From Spirogloea muscicola (taxonomy: Eukaryota), in the NCBI GenBank assembly GCA_009602725.1, contig WELB01000024.1, positions 382,120 through 446,119 of the forward strand: a DNA stretch of 64,000 nt. Direction: 5' to 3'. The notes beneath the pieces are model-generated. The model was not told the origin of the DNA. It saw only the letters and a program-made list of their open reading frames with translations, and searched no databases. How positions within the stretch are numbered: the stretch's first letter is position 1; each line of letters opens with the position of its first letter. This document shows, in pieces, positions 39,001 through 50,789 of the stretch. The translations under genes and the position numbers were made by a program.

Positions 39001-42000
39001 CAATAGTTTACAGCTGCAACACCAGCAAATCGTTAAAATAAGTACTCATTCTTGCCTTGTTTGCAACTTCCACAGTGGTCTCAACAAGCTGGCGATAGTT
39101 GCGCCTGTCCAGGGCCATCCTTCGCACCCAGAAGTTCCGGAAGAACTCTGGTAGGATCTCTTTTCTGATGTACTCAGCCTCCACGCCATCAGTAGCCACA
39201 CACTGTTTCACCACCTTAAGAACAATCTTCTTCATCTCTTCATCTGGGGACTGGAATTCACGGATGAGGACAACCATCACCTACAATCAAGGAAACACCA
39301 CATCATCGTCATATTTGAGAAGGCAGATGGCACATAGTCGGCAACAAGTTGATCTGAGATGCCAATGCGGCTTGCAAGTCAGACCTCAGTTGACAACACC
39401 GTTACATTGCATCAGATACCAGCCTTCACATACAGCTTACAGTGAAATTGCTAGACAAAATATGTTGTTCACCTCTTTCGTGTAGTAGCTAGCATAATTA
39501 GCATCCATAAGAGGAATGATGAAACCAATGGCCTTCAGGAAAGCTGCGAGCACTTTTCCTCTGTGGGCCCTTATACCCTTCCAGAGAGGCTTCAGCACCG
39601 AGTCAAAGCTTTCAATACCATAAGGAGCTGCTGCCTCTGCCAAAGCTGCCAGTGACAGCGCCGTAATTGTCCTGACCTGTAAGTACCCACATGTACCCAC
39701 ATAAGCTGTCAACTCTCCAGCAATATATGAGAAGTGCAAGCCCACAGGCAACTCCTTCCACACTTTAGCATAAGTAACAAGTGGCTTCACAATTCTTCAT
39801 CATAAAGAAGGTAGCATAGAAGTCACACCTTCTGATTTTCATCATTAAGGCCATGCTCGATAATTTCCACGAGTGACTTAAGGTGGGGCAGCACAGCCAC
39901 CCCCATTAAAATGGCAATCTGTTGAACGATCTTGATACCAGTGTGTCGCGCCTGCCACGACTTTTTGCTCTGGCACACAGCTTTCAGGAATGGAAGCAGT
40001 GCTGGAATGCCCAAAGCTGATGCCACCACAGAGAAAGCCCTGGCTGTTGTGTTCCTAACATACTCGTCAATATTGTCAATATCCGGCCTCATGGCAGCAA
40101 TCATAGTAGCCAGCCCAGCAGCCTGTTGTCAACACATGGAGATGGAGAAGAGAAGAACTCACTTAGAGCAGTGCTGACAAATGCCAGAACACGACACAGC
40201 TTGTAAACGAACTTATCTTTCGTGCCCTCAAGATGGAAGCAGAACCAAGCAGGATGTATGTATAATATAGCATGCATATATCAAGCTTGTATCTTGAGCA
40301 AACCTTGCTCAGATTGGAGATGATCTCTCGGCCCTCTACACGGGCGTAGTAGTCCTCATCAATGAGCAAAGGCTCAATGACCACCAAAATCTTGTGAACA
40401 AATGGACGTACCAGCTCATCTAGCTTGTACAGGATCCTGTCAATGACCTGTAAGACAATGGCCGATGCAGACATTTCGCTGAGTCTGTGAGCAACACAAA
40501 GCAAAGCAAGAGTATGTAGCAAAATCTAGTACAATAAGTACATGCAACTCATGGGCTAGATCCAAGTACCGACCTTGACTAGAAGATGACGCTCTTGATC
40601 TTCTAAGGTTGGAGACATGAGCAATGGCAAGATCTGATTGAAGAGTGCCCCCGCACCAAGCTCTCGAGCCTTGTCAGTCAACTGCCTGAGAGCAGTCTTC
40701 CTTTGTGGCGGTGTTCCATTCTTCACCTGCAAGCGTGTATCAAAAGAGTATCGAATTAGTCGGTGTCAGCTGCCATTGCTACGGCAGCAACCCGAATGTC
40801 GATAGTCCTGCTGTCCTGCAAGCTTGTAAGATGTGCAAAGTCTCTAATTGTGCACAGACGACAAATAAGGATATGAACCTTGAGTAGGAGCTTCATAATT
40901 TTCCGCTCCTTGCTCTCTTCAGGGGTGAGCTCCTCTTCTTCTTTCTCATTAAGCAGAGCTCCAAAGTACTGGTAGTCCTCAGGTTTCATGAAAGGCAGTC
41001 CAGTAGCAGCAGCCTCTGATGGTACGTCAAACTTCTGCGTACGGTCTTCTTCAGGAATCTGATACAAAGGAGTAGCCCCTGCAATGGGTGTGGGAGTTGC
41101 CAGCAGCTTGCGCGCTGGGGTTCGGATGGGCACATAAGAGGCAGGAGGGTCGAGGATCTTGTAACCCTCTGCCGGAAACATAGCGTCCAAGTCCTCGTCT
41201 GACAAAGGTCTGTTGCGCTCCTCAATGTCCTTCTCCCACCTCATCATGTTATACTGCTCAGGGGTCATTGGCGTACGTAATGTGATGTGGCCTGGAGTAG
41301 GAGTAGCCATGTCTATACCACCAAGTGGCGTCACACCAGGCGTCATACCAAAAGTGCCACCAGGTGTTGCTGCCACCATGGGAGTAGCTCCTCCCATACT
41401 TGCTGGGGTTTCGTCCCACCTAGACCGCTGCCTCTTTGGTGTAGGCGTGGCCATGCCTGCAAGCTTGGGAGTTGCATCCCAAGTCATGCCAGCTGGAGTT
41501 GCCCCTGCACCTGGTGTTGCATCCCCGTCTGCAAGCTGCACCATGAAAGTGGTGAATTCATGTCATGCCCTCATTGATGACAAGCAACAGCTGATTACCC
41601 AACCATGGTCAGGTCAGACACGATCATAGAGGAGCAACTTTGAGGTGCTGCGACCATGGGAGTGGTCACTGCAACTTCCAGCTTATGGCCGTCACGTTGC
41701 AGGTCACAGAACATGTACTTACTCTGCCTGGAGTTGGGGTCTCGTCCCAGCGATTCCTCCTTGCTCCAGGTGTAGGAGTGGCATCAACAGACGGTCTTGA
41801 GGGAGTTGCAGCATCCCACCGACTTCATCACATGGAACAAAACAGGGGCAGACCAAGAGTCAAGTCAAGTCAAGCCAAGTACAAGTACATGACTTATGCA
41901 GATGTCACATCCATGTCATAAAGTTCATTGGCAATATACCTGGGCCCAGGAGTAGCAGAGGCATCGTCCCACTCAGATGCCGACTTTGCTTTCCTGCAAG

Positions 42001-43465
42001 CCAGGAAATTACTGACAATTTAGCAGGAGTGCAAATAGCAGAGGCAAAAGAGGCTGCTGCTTTCAAATTATGGCCTCTACTGACAACCTTCTAACTTGGC
42101 CCATGTTACTGTCATATTGACCAGCTCAACCAGCTATAGACATACATTCTGAGCAAGTATGTCAAAAATGAAAAGATTGACCATGGCATTACATACTTGG
42201 CCTCCTCTCCACCAGGTTGGTCCCATCGATTCCTCCGCTTGCCAGAAGCAGCTGCCGCCACAGGACCGGCAGCAGCTTCTTGTGCTTTTGTTGGTGCTTC
42301 AGACAGCTCTTTCTCTTTTCTCTCTGCTTCCTCCTGCTTTTTCTTGGCGATGAGCTTCAACGTTTCCTCCTTTTCCCGCTTCAGCGCCTCTTCCTTCATG
42401 ATATCAGCATAGGTCCTGACTGATGCATCTGGGGTTTGATCTCCCTGCGACCTCAAAGACACATATTAGTAGCTGTAAATACTGCGGAACAATGTCTATG
42501 AAGACATGTTTCGTATGCATAACAACACACAACGAAATCAATGGCAGCCCAGTAATAGCACAAGAAAAAAAGACAAGTATTACCATGGCGAAAGCATCAT
42601 TCCTCTCAGGGGAGATGATGCGATTGAGGCGCCGCTTGCGATAGTCGTCTTCTCTATCAATGATTCGCCCCGGCCTTTTCAGGCCGAGCTGCTCAACGAG
42701 AAGGGAATCTAAGTCAACATACAAGCGCCTGCAATTCCTTCTCAAAACAGAAACCTCAAGTGCTAAACACAGATGAAGGAATGATGACTTGTGACCCCTC
42801 ACAAACCTGAGCTCATGACCGTGCCAGTACCACTAGACAGACATGGTTAGAGCTGCAGCCCAAGCACAACAAGAGTAGTCCCCACTAGTTGGAGAATGCT
42901 TGCAGCGCATGATACAGGTCATGGGCATCATCGCTCACATCCTCATCTGTTGCTTCTCCTCGTGGAAGGTCGTTCAGCACAGACTTGGGAGCAGTGTATG
43001 AAGCCAACTTTCTGCAGAGCATCCCCAATCAGATGCCGTCACATACGACGCAACACAACCCTCGCAACAGTCAGGCACAGCTTGTAACTCAAGCATGCTG
43101 TCCGACATGTCATACATGCAACCATGCAATGCCAGGGCCTCAGACAACCTGCAAGACGTTCAACTCCATAACCATCTGTACTGATCAATTAATATGATCA
43201 GGCGAAGCAAGGCCCCTAATCAGACGAGGACATCGACCTGGGACGCCATAGGAGGCAAGGCTCACCTAGCCACCTCCCTCTCCGTGACATCCTGTTCCTC
43301 CTCGTCCTCAGTCGCGGCGATGGACGTCTCGAAGCCCTCGAAACGGCTGGCAGCGCCGCCACCGTAGAGGTCCTTGTCGAAGCTGACCTTGATCAGCGCC
43401 GCAAGCTCGGCCTCCTTCTGCCGCCGCTCCTCCTGCACCCGCGCGATGTCGTCATCGATCTCCAT
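36046..43465 (-). CDS. SF3B1: Splicing factor 3B subunit 1 (U2 snRNP)
   Basis: RWD/TP-rich N-terminus, [20 protein letters not shown] region [11 protein letters not shown]...[46 protein letters not shown]-terminal [17 protein letters not shown]. Many exons. Confidence 0.97.
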
Positions 43466-43495
43466 TGGCGCCTAGCGCTGCCGCTGTCACCGGCT

Positions 43496-43529
<34 letters not shown>

Positions 43530-43612
43530 AGTCCGCGCAGCCGCGACGAGGGGGCCGCGGGCAGCGGGCGCGAGCGCAGGCGGCGGCGTGGCCTCGGCGC
43601 GCTGGCGGAGCG

Positions 43613-43929
43613 AAACCCTAACTCCGCGCTCCACGTAGCGAGTTTGCAAACCCCCGCGGGCCCCCTTGACGCCGCCTCCTGGACCCTTCCCCCAGGCCCG
43701 CAAATATCAGCAGATGCGCGTAGCAAAGGAAGCATGTTAGTCTTGGGCCCAGCGGTTTCTTGGGCGGAACCATGCAAGCGGCTGGCCACGTCAAGTCTGA
43801 TAATGGGCTGATTGCGGCCCCCCACCGGAAGCTTCGGGCAATCGAGCCCATTTGTTTGGGCAATCTAAAGCCCGCGCTGGCGGGCCTTCAGCTGGTCGCC
43901 AGTTTGGTGGACCAATGCGGGGGTGGGCC
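43613..43929. promoter_or_regulatory. Bidirectional SF3B1/PAO promoter with telo-box and site II-like motifs
   Basis: AAACCCTAA at 43613-43621. TGGGCY/RGCCCA at 43744, 43804, 43845 and 43924. Confidence 0.5.
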
Positions 43930-44071
43930 GGGTCACCCATCTCTACCCGCGGGTCAACGGCGCATCCGGCCTGCCCGTATCAGAGCCCGGAAACAGATCT
44001 GCCGCCACAACCACAACGCCGCCAGCATTCCCCGGCATCGGCGGCGGCGGCGGCGGCGGCATCGGCACCGG

Positions 44072-44102
<31 letters not shown>

Positions 44103-44117
44103 GGCGGCGGCTCGTCT

Positions 44118-44373
44118 GTGCGGGAGCGCCAGATAACTGCGCACACCTTGACGAGCCGGGCGACGTCCTTCCAGTCGCCGAGAAGGCCACAGTCGGGCGT
44201 CGTTCTCCCTACAGGAGTCTCCTTGTATCAGTCTGGGACGCGGCGGCTCGTCATGGCGCCCCCTTCCTTGGCCGGAGGTCAGTGCCTGGTCGAATGGCAT
44301 GACTTGATTGGTACCACGGGCCACGGTAGATGACTTGCTGCACCGCCTGGATACGACTTTCAGTAGACTGTAG
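44118..44373 (+). CDS. Candidate conserved-peptide uORF in the polyamine oxidase leader (spliced)
   Basis: Frame VRERQITAHTL...MAPPSLAG joined by a putative GT-AG intron 44278-44329 to DDLLHRLDTTFSRL* (TAG 44371-44373). Ends about 100 nt before the PAO ORF. Confidence 0.55.
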
Positions 44374-44478
44374 CCTTGTAGCCTTGTAGTTTGGCGTTTT
44401 GACATTCTGAACCACCGAGAGCTTCTTGGGCTTGCACAGTCACTACTTGCACTTGGATATATTGAGAGCCCACCTTCT

Positions 44479-47400
44479 ATGCGCTTGTCTGGCCTTCAAT
44501 TGCTCTTGGAGAGAAAGCATGCGTTGTGTGAGTTGCCAATCTGTCACCTGAGTATGAATGTAAAAGCTGACTTGGCTCTCGTACCTATTCCAGTAGGAAG
44601 CGTGATGGTCCACCACAGGCAAGCGCAACAGCCATGCCTCAAGCAGCCAGTTGTTATTGTCATTGGAGGCGGATTTGCAGGACTTGCTGCTGCTCGGGCT
44701 TTAACGAGTGCTTCCATCCAGGTCCGCCTTTCTTTCAATAAAGGGTGATCTCCTAGATGGTTGGTGATCAAGCGAGGCTCTAACATCTTAGAATGAGTGA
44801 GTGGTCAACCACTGTAGTTGCAGCCATTGTTTGGCTCTCTGCTCATCAGAAGTGAATTGTCATGGTTTTCAGGTACTGTTGCTAGAGTCTAGGGGTCGAG
44901 TAGGCGGCCGGGTGTACACAAGCTACGATCTAGGTTTTCCTGTGGACATGGGTGCCTCATGGTGCGACTGCGTATGGCTCATACCTGTTGCTGTTTTGTG
45001 ATGCCTGGGCATTCCACTTGTGTTAGACAGATTCTCTTATTTCTGCTTGCTGTTTATGATGCCAATTTTGAGGTGTTTACTCCTGCTATTGTCAGACGCC
45101 CCTCCATTTACACATGACTGGAGACTGTTGTGTAGGTTGCATGGGGTGTGTGATCAAAATCCACTGTCACCTCTCATAAGGCGTCTCCAGCTTCCTATGT
45201 ACAGAACCAGTGGAGATGACTCTATCTTGTACGACCACGACCTTGAGAGGTAAGCATCAGCATGCAGGACATGTCTTTGTCGACCACATTNGGGGGGGAG
45301 GGGAGGAGGTGAATAGGGAAGGTGGGGTTTTTGGGTTTGGTGTTGGGAGGGTCAGGGGAAATTTTGAGGAATGATTGGCTGCTCCAAATTCTGATGCGGT
45401 GTGCTTACATTCAGGATGCATGCTGATGATAGCCTACTGAGATTGGGGTATATATCAAAGGGCGTTTGAGATGCTGAGAACAGGGGTAGTTGGGCTATAC
45501 CCCTTCTTCCAAAAGCTTTTGGTCAATGGCAGCAACTCATTGTGGCCCGTTTTCAATTGCTGATAGCATGTGTGAGGAAATTTTTTCTGAGTAAGTCAAG
45601 CTGCTGTCTTAGATAGACTGGCCAAGTGAAGCTCAGCTGGGAGGGGTGGTGCTGGTAGGGCATGGCAGTTGTCAGCATGCACCCTTTGATCTCAAAGGTG
45701 ATGTTCACACCTCTGCCCTGCCAGTGGGCCACTCCTCCCTCTGACACCGACAACCACCTGTAGTCACATGTCCCATCTCTAGCTAAAATCATAGCAGCAT
45801 TTTTACATTTACGTGGGTCTGTATGCAAGCTGAAGTGCTCCGTGGGTACTGCACTAAGTATTGCTGCTGGGAGTAAATGGCACTTGCTACTTGAAGCAAC
45901 ATGTGCCCAGCAGCCTACATGAAGAGCTGACACTCCTGAGCCATACGGTCTTCTTTATTGCAGCTACGCGTTGTTTGAGAGGAACGGCCATAGAATCGAT
46001 GGGGATGCTGTTGTTCGCGTGGAAGAGTATTTTGAGCTTCTTTTAGAAGAGGTATACTAAGCTCGCAACACTGCTTTACTGTCAACCGTTGCTGGACAAG
46101 TAGATGCTCATTTGGTAGTTGTGTTTCACAGCCACATTGAGAATTTTGTTACTCTGCTTTGATGTGGTATCACCTGTTACTTAGCAGACAAGTCGAGCAT
46201 GAAGAGATGCTAGTGAGGACACAGCTGAGCGAGAGGCGCGAGAGGCTTTGGACTAGTTGCTCATTGTTGCGAATGTGTTTCACAGACGACAGTGACAGAT
46301 CGCCATTCTTATTTGATCTCTCTACTGCCTGTACTAAGCAGACAAGGCGAATACGAAGGGATGCTAGAAAGGACATTTCTGTGCGAGAGGCTTTGGATCT
46401 GGCCAGAGATAGAACACAGTTGAAGTAAGCTCCTCATGCCTGAGGATACCTGACTATCGTAGTACGTCAGAATACATGCATGCTTATGGGCAGATTGGAG
46501 TACTCAATTGTGTTGTTGGCAATTGCTTCAGGTTGAATGGCCTGGATGAAAGAATCCTTCAGTGGTACCTTTGCCGAATGGAGGGGTGGTTTGCCACCGA
46601 CTTGGACAAGCTCTCTCTAATGCATTGGGATGAGGTAGGACGAGCACATGCATGCCAAGTCCTGCTAAATTGTGTGAAAGCTGGAGTGTCTTAAAGTTGT
46701 CTTTCAGTCGAAGCGCCGATGCTTGATCACTCAAGCTGTTGTACTCAAGTTGTACATTCTGCGACTGCGTCAGGAGGAGTTGCTGTCTGGTGGCCATGGC
46801 TTGATGGTGAAAGGTTACTGGCCAGTAATCATGGACCTATTGTGTGGCTTAGATGTTCGCTACAACGAACGGTAGGACTGGTTTCAATCGATTGTGCATG
46901 CAGCAGCTTTTCATTGTTTATGACATTCTTAGCTGGTTCCCCAGTTTTTATTATTATAGTTTGGCATTTAGCTGTTTTAAGCTGAAGAACTGCCTGATCC
47001 CATGACAGGATTACAGCCGTGAGCCAATTAGCAACAGGGCAGGTCACAGTGATCACAGAGAGGCATCATGTGTATCAGGCAGATGCCGCAGTCGTCACTG
47101 TGCCGTTGGGTGTGCTAAAGACAGGGTCGATACAGTTCTCTCCTCCCCTGCCTCTCTGGAAACAGGACGCCATTGCTGATATTGGAGTAGGGAATGAGAA
47201 CAAGATAGCGTTGCACTTTGAGGATGTATTCTGGCCCAATGTTGAATTCATCGGCGTTGTGGCACCTACATCATACGACTGCAGTTACTTCCTGAATCTG
47301 CACAAGGCTACAGGGCATCGTGTGCTCGTATACATGCCAGCAGGTAGTCTAGCCGACGATCTTGCAAAGCTATCAGACAAGGACGCAGCAGCTTTTGCAT

Positions 47401-47864
47401 ACCAGCAGCTCAAGGCGATTCTGCCATCAGCAACAGAGCCAGTAAGTACTTCAAACCTTGTGTTTGGTACTTCTGTCTGCTGGCAGGGTGGCCTTGAAAA
47501 TTGCGGCAACTGGTCTGTGCTTCTCTGAAAAAGACTGTCTTGCCATACGCAGGTGGACTTCCTCGTCTCTCATTGGGGAACAGACCCTGACTCCCTGGGC
47601 TGCTACTCGTATGACAAGGTATCCAAGCCAGCAGATGTGTATGACCGACTCCGTGCCCCAGTAGGTTCGCTTTTCTTCGCTGGAGAAGCGACGAGCAGGG
47701 ATTTTCCGGGCACTGTCCACGGCGCTTATGCAACAGGTTTGCAGGTTGCAGAGGAGTGCCATAGACATGTTACTTCCAGGTACTCTAGTGTTGAGCTCTT
47801 CTTACCTGCCATGTCCGAGCAAGTCTGCGAGGCTCACCTCACGCTCCGAATCTCCCGCCTGTAG
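44479..47864 (+). CDS. PAO: Peroxisomal polyamine oxidase (plant PAO2/3/4 clade, FAD amine oxidase)
   Basis: [76 protein letters not shown] and FAGEATS...TVHGAY. C-terminal PTS1 SRL*. Exact start uncertain. Confidence 0.92.
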
Positions 47865-48174
47865 TCTCAGTCATGCCTTTGACATTTCCGTAGAATTGCA
47901 GGGGCACATTGCCGCTTGCAAAATTTGTTGCCTTATTAGGACAGGCCAGTGTGAGGACTCAGGCATAGGTTTGCTGCTTAAGAGCCCCACAGCCTGTTAG
48001 ATTCTTTGCTTTTAAATTACATGATGCCCGGGAGTAAAGATAGCAGGCCCAAGATAGCAGGCCCTAGGCATGCAGACAAGGTAACTTACTGTCGAGCTCC
48101 TCAGGGGCTCCAACAGCAATTACAAGGACACATTCCAGGATACTGTGGGCATTGCAGGAAAGGTTTAATTAATT

Positions 48175-48199
48175 TAACCCTAAACCCTGAACCCTAAAA
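48175..48199. repeat. Short interstitial plant-type telomeric repeat (CCCTAAA-like x3)
   Basis: taaccc taaaccc tgaaccc taaaa. Confidence 0.5.
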
Positions 48200-48569
48200 C
48201 GGGATGACCCACAATTTGACAAGTATTGTTGCATGCTGCATTCGACGGCTGTTGACGGATGGAATGGCAGGTGTAACAGCGCTGAGATGGGTGACATGGC
48301 AGGTGTTGTTTTTGGAGCGCACAGATTGCATGCCCCTTATTTTGCTACACAACAAAGGCTTATTAGAGTCGTTCAGAGGCTTAACATGTCTTCCCATAGG
48401 TCTTAGCATACATAGGATCACCTTATTCTTCTTTGTGTGATAAGGATTTTCACGTGCTGACAACGTCCATGTTTCTGTCACGTCACCACCGGGCATTAGA
48501 CCAACACACTGGAGCACCATCAAGCTACTAGAGCTGCCCCTGCTCAAAGGAGGGCCTTTCATACGCCCA

Positions 48570-48852
48570 CGTCCTCGCCTTGCATCTGCGTGCTGGCCGT
48601 GCTCTCGCTGCGGCCTCCAGCTTTCGTCAGGGGGATACTTTTCCGACAGCTAGTCTGTCGGATTTGAGGCTCCTCACTCACTAACTACTGAGTGGTCCAT
48701 CCTCCCCCCATTCTGAGACAGCATCTTCAGGCCCCTTCGTAGCTGCTTAGCGCTGTAGGCCCCTCCGTCATCTGGCCCCTTCGAACCTTCGTCAACTCTT
48801 CTTCGGGCTGGCTTTTCGCAGCCCATGCCCCGGGAGAGCCACTTCTTCTTTC
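48570..48852 (+). mobile_element. RLE retroelement 3' remnant (ORF end plus 3' UTR hairpin)
   Basis: LALHLRAGRALAAASSFRQGDTFPTASLSDLRLLTH*, then a UTR matching the reverse complement of 55477-55573, with GGGCTG...CAGCCC and a CTTCTTCTT tail. Confidence 0.7.
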
Positions 48853-49132
48853 ATACTGCCTTGAATCTGATACCATGCCTGTCCATTCAGCTAAACCTTG
48901 GAGGGGCTGTGTGCGTATTAATAATCGGAGTCTTGAGGTCTGCTCTCCCTCCCAAGACATGGGCTTAGCAAGCAGCTGCTAAACAGTTTGGGTCAGTATA
49001 GATGTTGATTTGCATGGAGGGGTGCAGGATTGAATAATATATGGATGAGCCCAGTCAAGCAACGTCGCTGTGGCAGCAGCATGCCCTGCCTGTCTAAGTC
49101 GATCTGCCGCAGTTGAAGACTGATGGCGAGCT

Positions 49133-50201
49133 CTATGAGTTGGCGGACCGCCCGCCCTTGCCATCCTGCGAAACCTTGAACCGGGTTCGCGGTGCCCGGC
49201 CTTTGTTGTTTTGCCGCACACGAACGCGCCGCTTCTTTGTTGGATTGAGAGCCTCTGGAAAATACTCCTTGAGCCAGGCCATCCGGGCCATCCAGGCGCC
49301 CATGACGCCAAGGATAGGTATCACGAACGCCACAAGCCGTATCCTCTGGTGGCACGACAAGCACCCCCGACACAGCAGTGCCAAAAGTGAGAGAGATGCG
49401 CAGGACCAAGGAGCTGCTATCTGCTATAAGAAAACAAGCGAGCTGCAGCAGCTCAAGATGAGGCTCACAGCTTCTCGGCACTCTTTGACTCAGGAGCGGT
49501 GGTGCTCACCAGGGCCTGGCGCTTCTCCTCGGGCGTCATGACGAGGCGCTTGAGCGTGCGGCGGGGGTCTTCCCACTGCGTGAAGTTCCGGTCTTCGTTG
49601 AAGAAGAAGACCTTGCCCAGGTCCTCATCGAGGTATGTCGACCACCGCTCTTCATTGATGTCTAGGAACTTCTCACTGTGGAATTTGTCCCTCGCCCGCT
49701 TGAAGTCCGTCAGGATGACATCCGTTGCATCGCCACCTGCGTCTTCCCCGGCGCTGCCAATTGGCATGCACGCAGGCGATGGACCGTTCAAGCCCAGCCC
49801 TGCCCAGCGACGACGCTACCTGAGGGAGCCACTGCTACCTAAGAATGCACGTGCCCCATTTTTGCTGCCAAACGTGGAAAATCAGGCCAGTGCTGTCTCC
49901 GACCTGGTCCATCTCGCGACCAGGATCTCAGCAAGCATTGCAGGCCAATAGACGCAATTTGGTTTCGGCGTGGCAACTCTGCGTGGAGCCAACGAAGCAG
50001 ACACGACGTGCGAGCAGCCGGCTGGCCGGGCCGGGCCCTCGACTGAGACCCCGGGGGCCAGGAGATGGGCGCCCACCTGGCCGGCGCGGCGGCGCAGAGG
50101 AGGAGCAGCGCGAGCAGGGCAGGCAGGGCCCGCGTCCAGGCAAGGCCACAGGCTCGCCCCGCTTGCGACGGCGGGGCGCCGCCGCTGGGAGGACCCATCA
50201 T
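49133..50201 (-). CDS. WW-domain protein with predicted transmembrane helix and basic tail
   Basis: WSTYLDEDLGKVFFFNEDRNFTQWEDPR is a WW signature. After an intron: IRLVAFVIPILGVMGAW (TM) and a K/R-rich tail. The possible first exon with hydrophobic ALPALLALLLLCAAA from ATG 50201 is tentative. Confidence 0.6.
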
Positions 50202-50789
50202 CGTCGGCTTGCTCGCCGAGCCCCAATCTCTGATCGGCGGCAACGAGGCGCGCTCTGCTGCGGCAGGCCTCCCGGCGTCAATCTCAGCGGGCGTGCGTCC
50301 GGCGGCGGCGGCGGCAGCGGGCCAGCGAGCCGGCGATCGCACGGAATTGCCGACAGACGAGCCCGCGAAGGAGGCGCCTTGGAGGAGGCCAAGGCGTAGA
50401 CTTGCGGAGGGGCAGCGAGCGGGCGGCGGCGGCGGCGGCTCTGGCGGCGGCGGCGGCGGTGGCGGCGGCGGCGGAGGGGCGTTTGGCGAGAGAGTAAGAG
50501 GAGGGGGTGGGGGGGTAGCTTCAGGCCNGGCGGCTCTGGCGGTGGCGGCGGTGACGGCGGCGGCGGTGGCTCTGGCGGCGGCGGCGGCGGCGGCGGCAGC
50601 CGGTGGCAGGTGACGGACCCGGCGGTTGGGACGGTATGCCAATGTGGCATTCGGTGGCACTCCCGTCTATTCGGACGTCGTGGCAGCCGGTGCACTCACG
50701 AGGTATGAAGGTGCGACCCGTCTCCGATGCCAGCTACTCGGCTTGCCTCGTTCGCCTCAGCACTTGATGCAAGCGTGAGTGCAAGCTTG

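Noticed and set aside
45291..45360. G-rich tract in a PAO intron as a G-quadruplex
   Set aside because: Begins at an N break, so sequence reliability is doubtful.
50065..50700. Gly/Ala-rich plus-strand ORF over GGC repeats
   Set aside because: Low-complexity microsatellite containing an N. It is best explained as the GC-rich leader/promoter of the WW gene.
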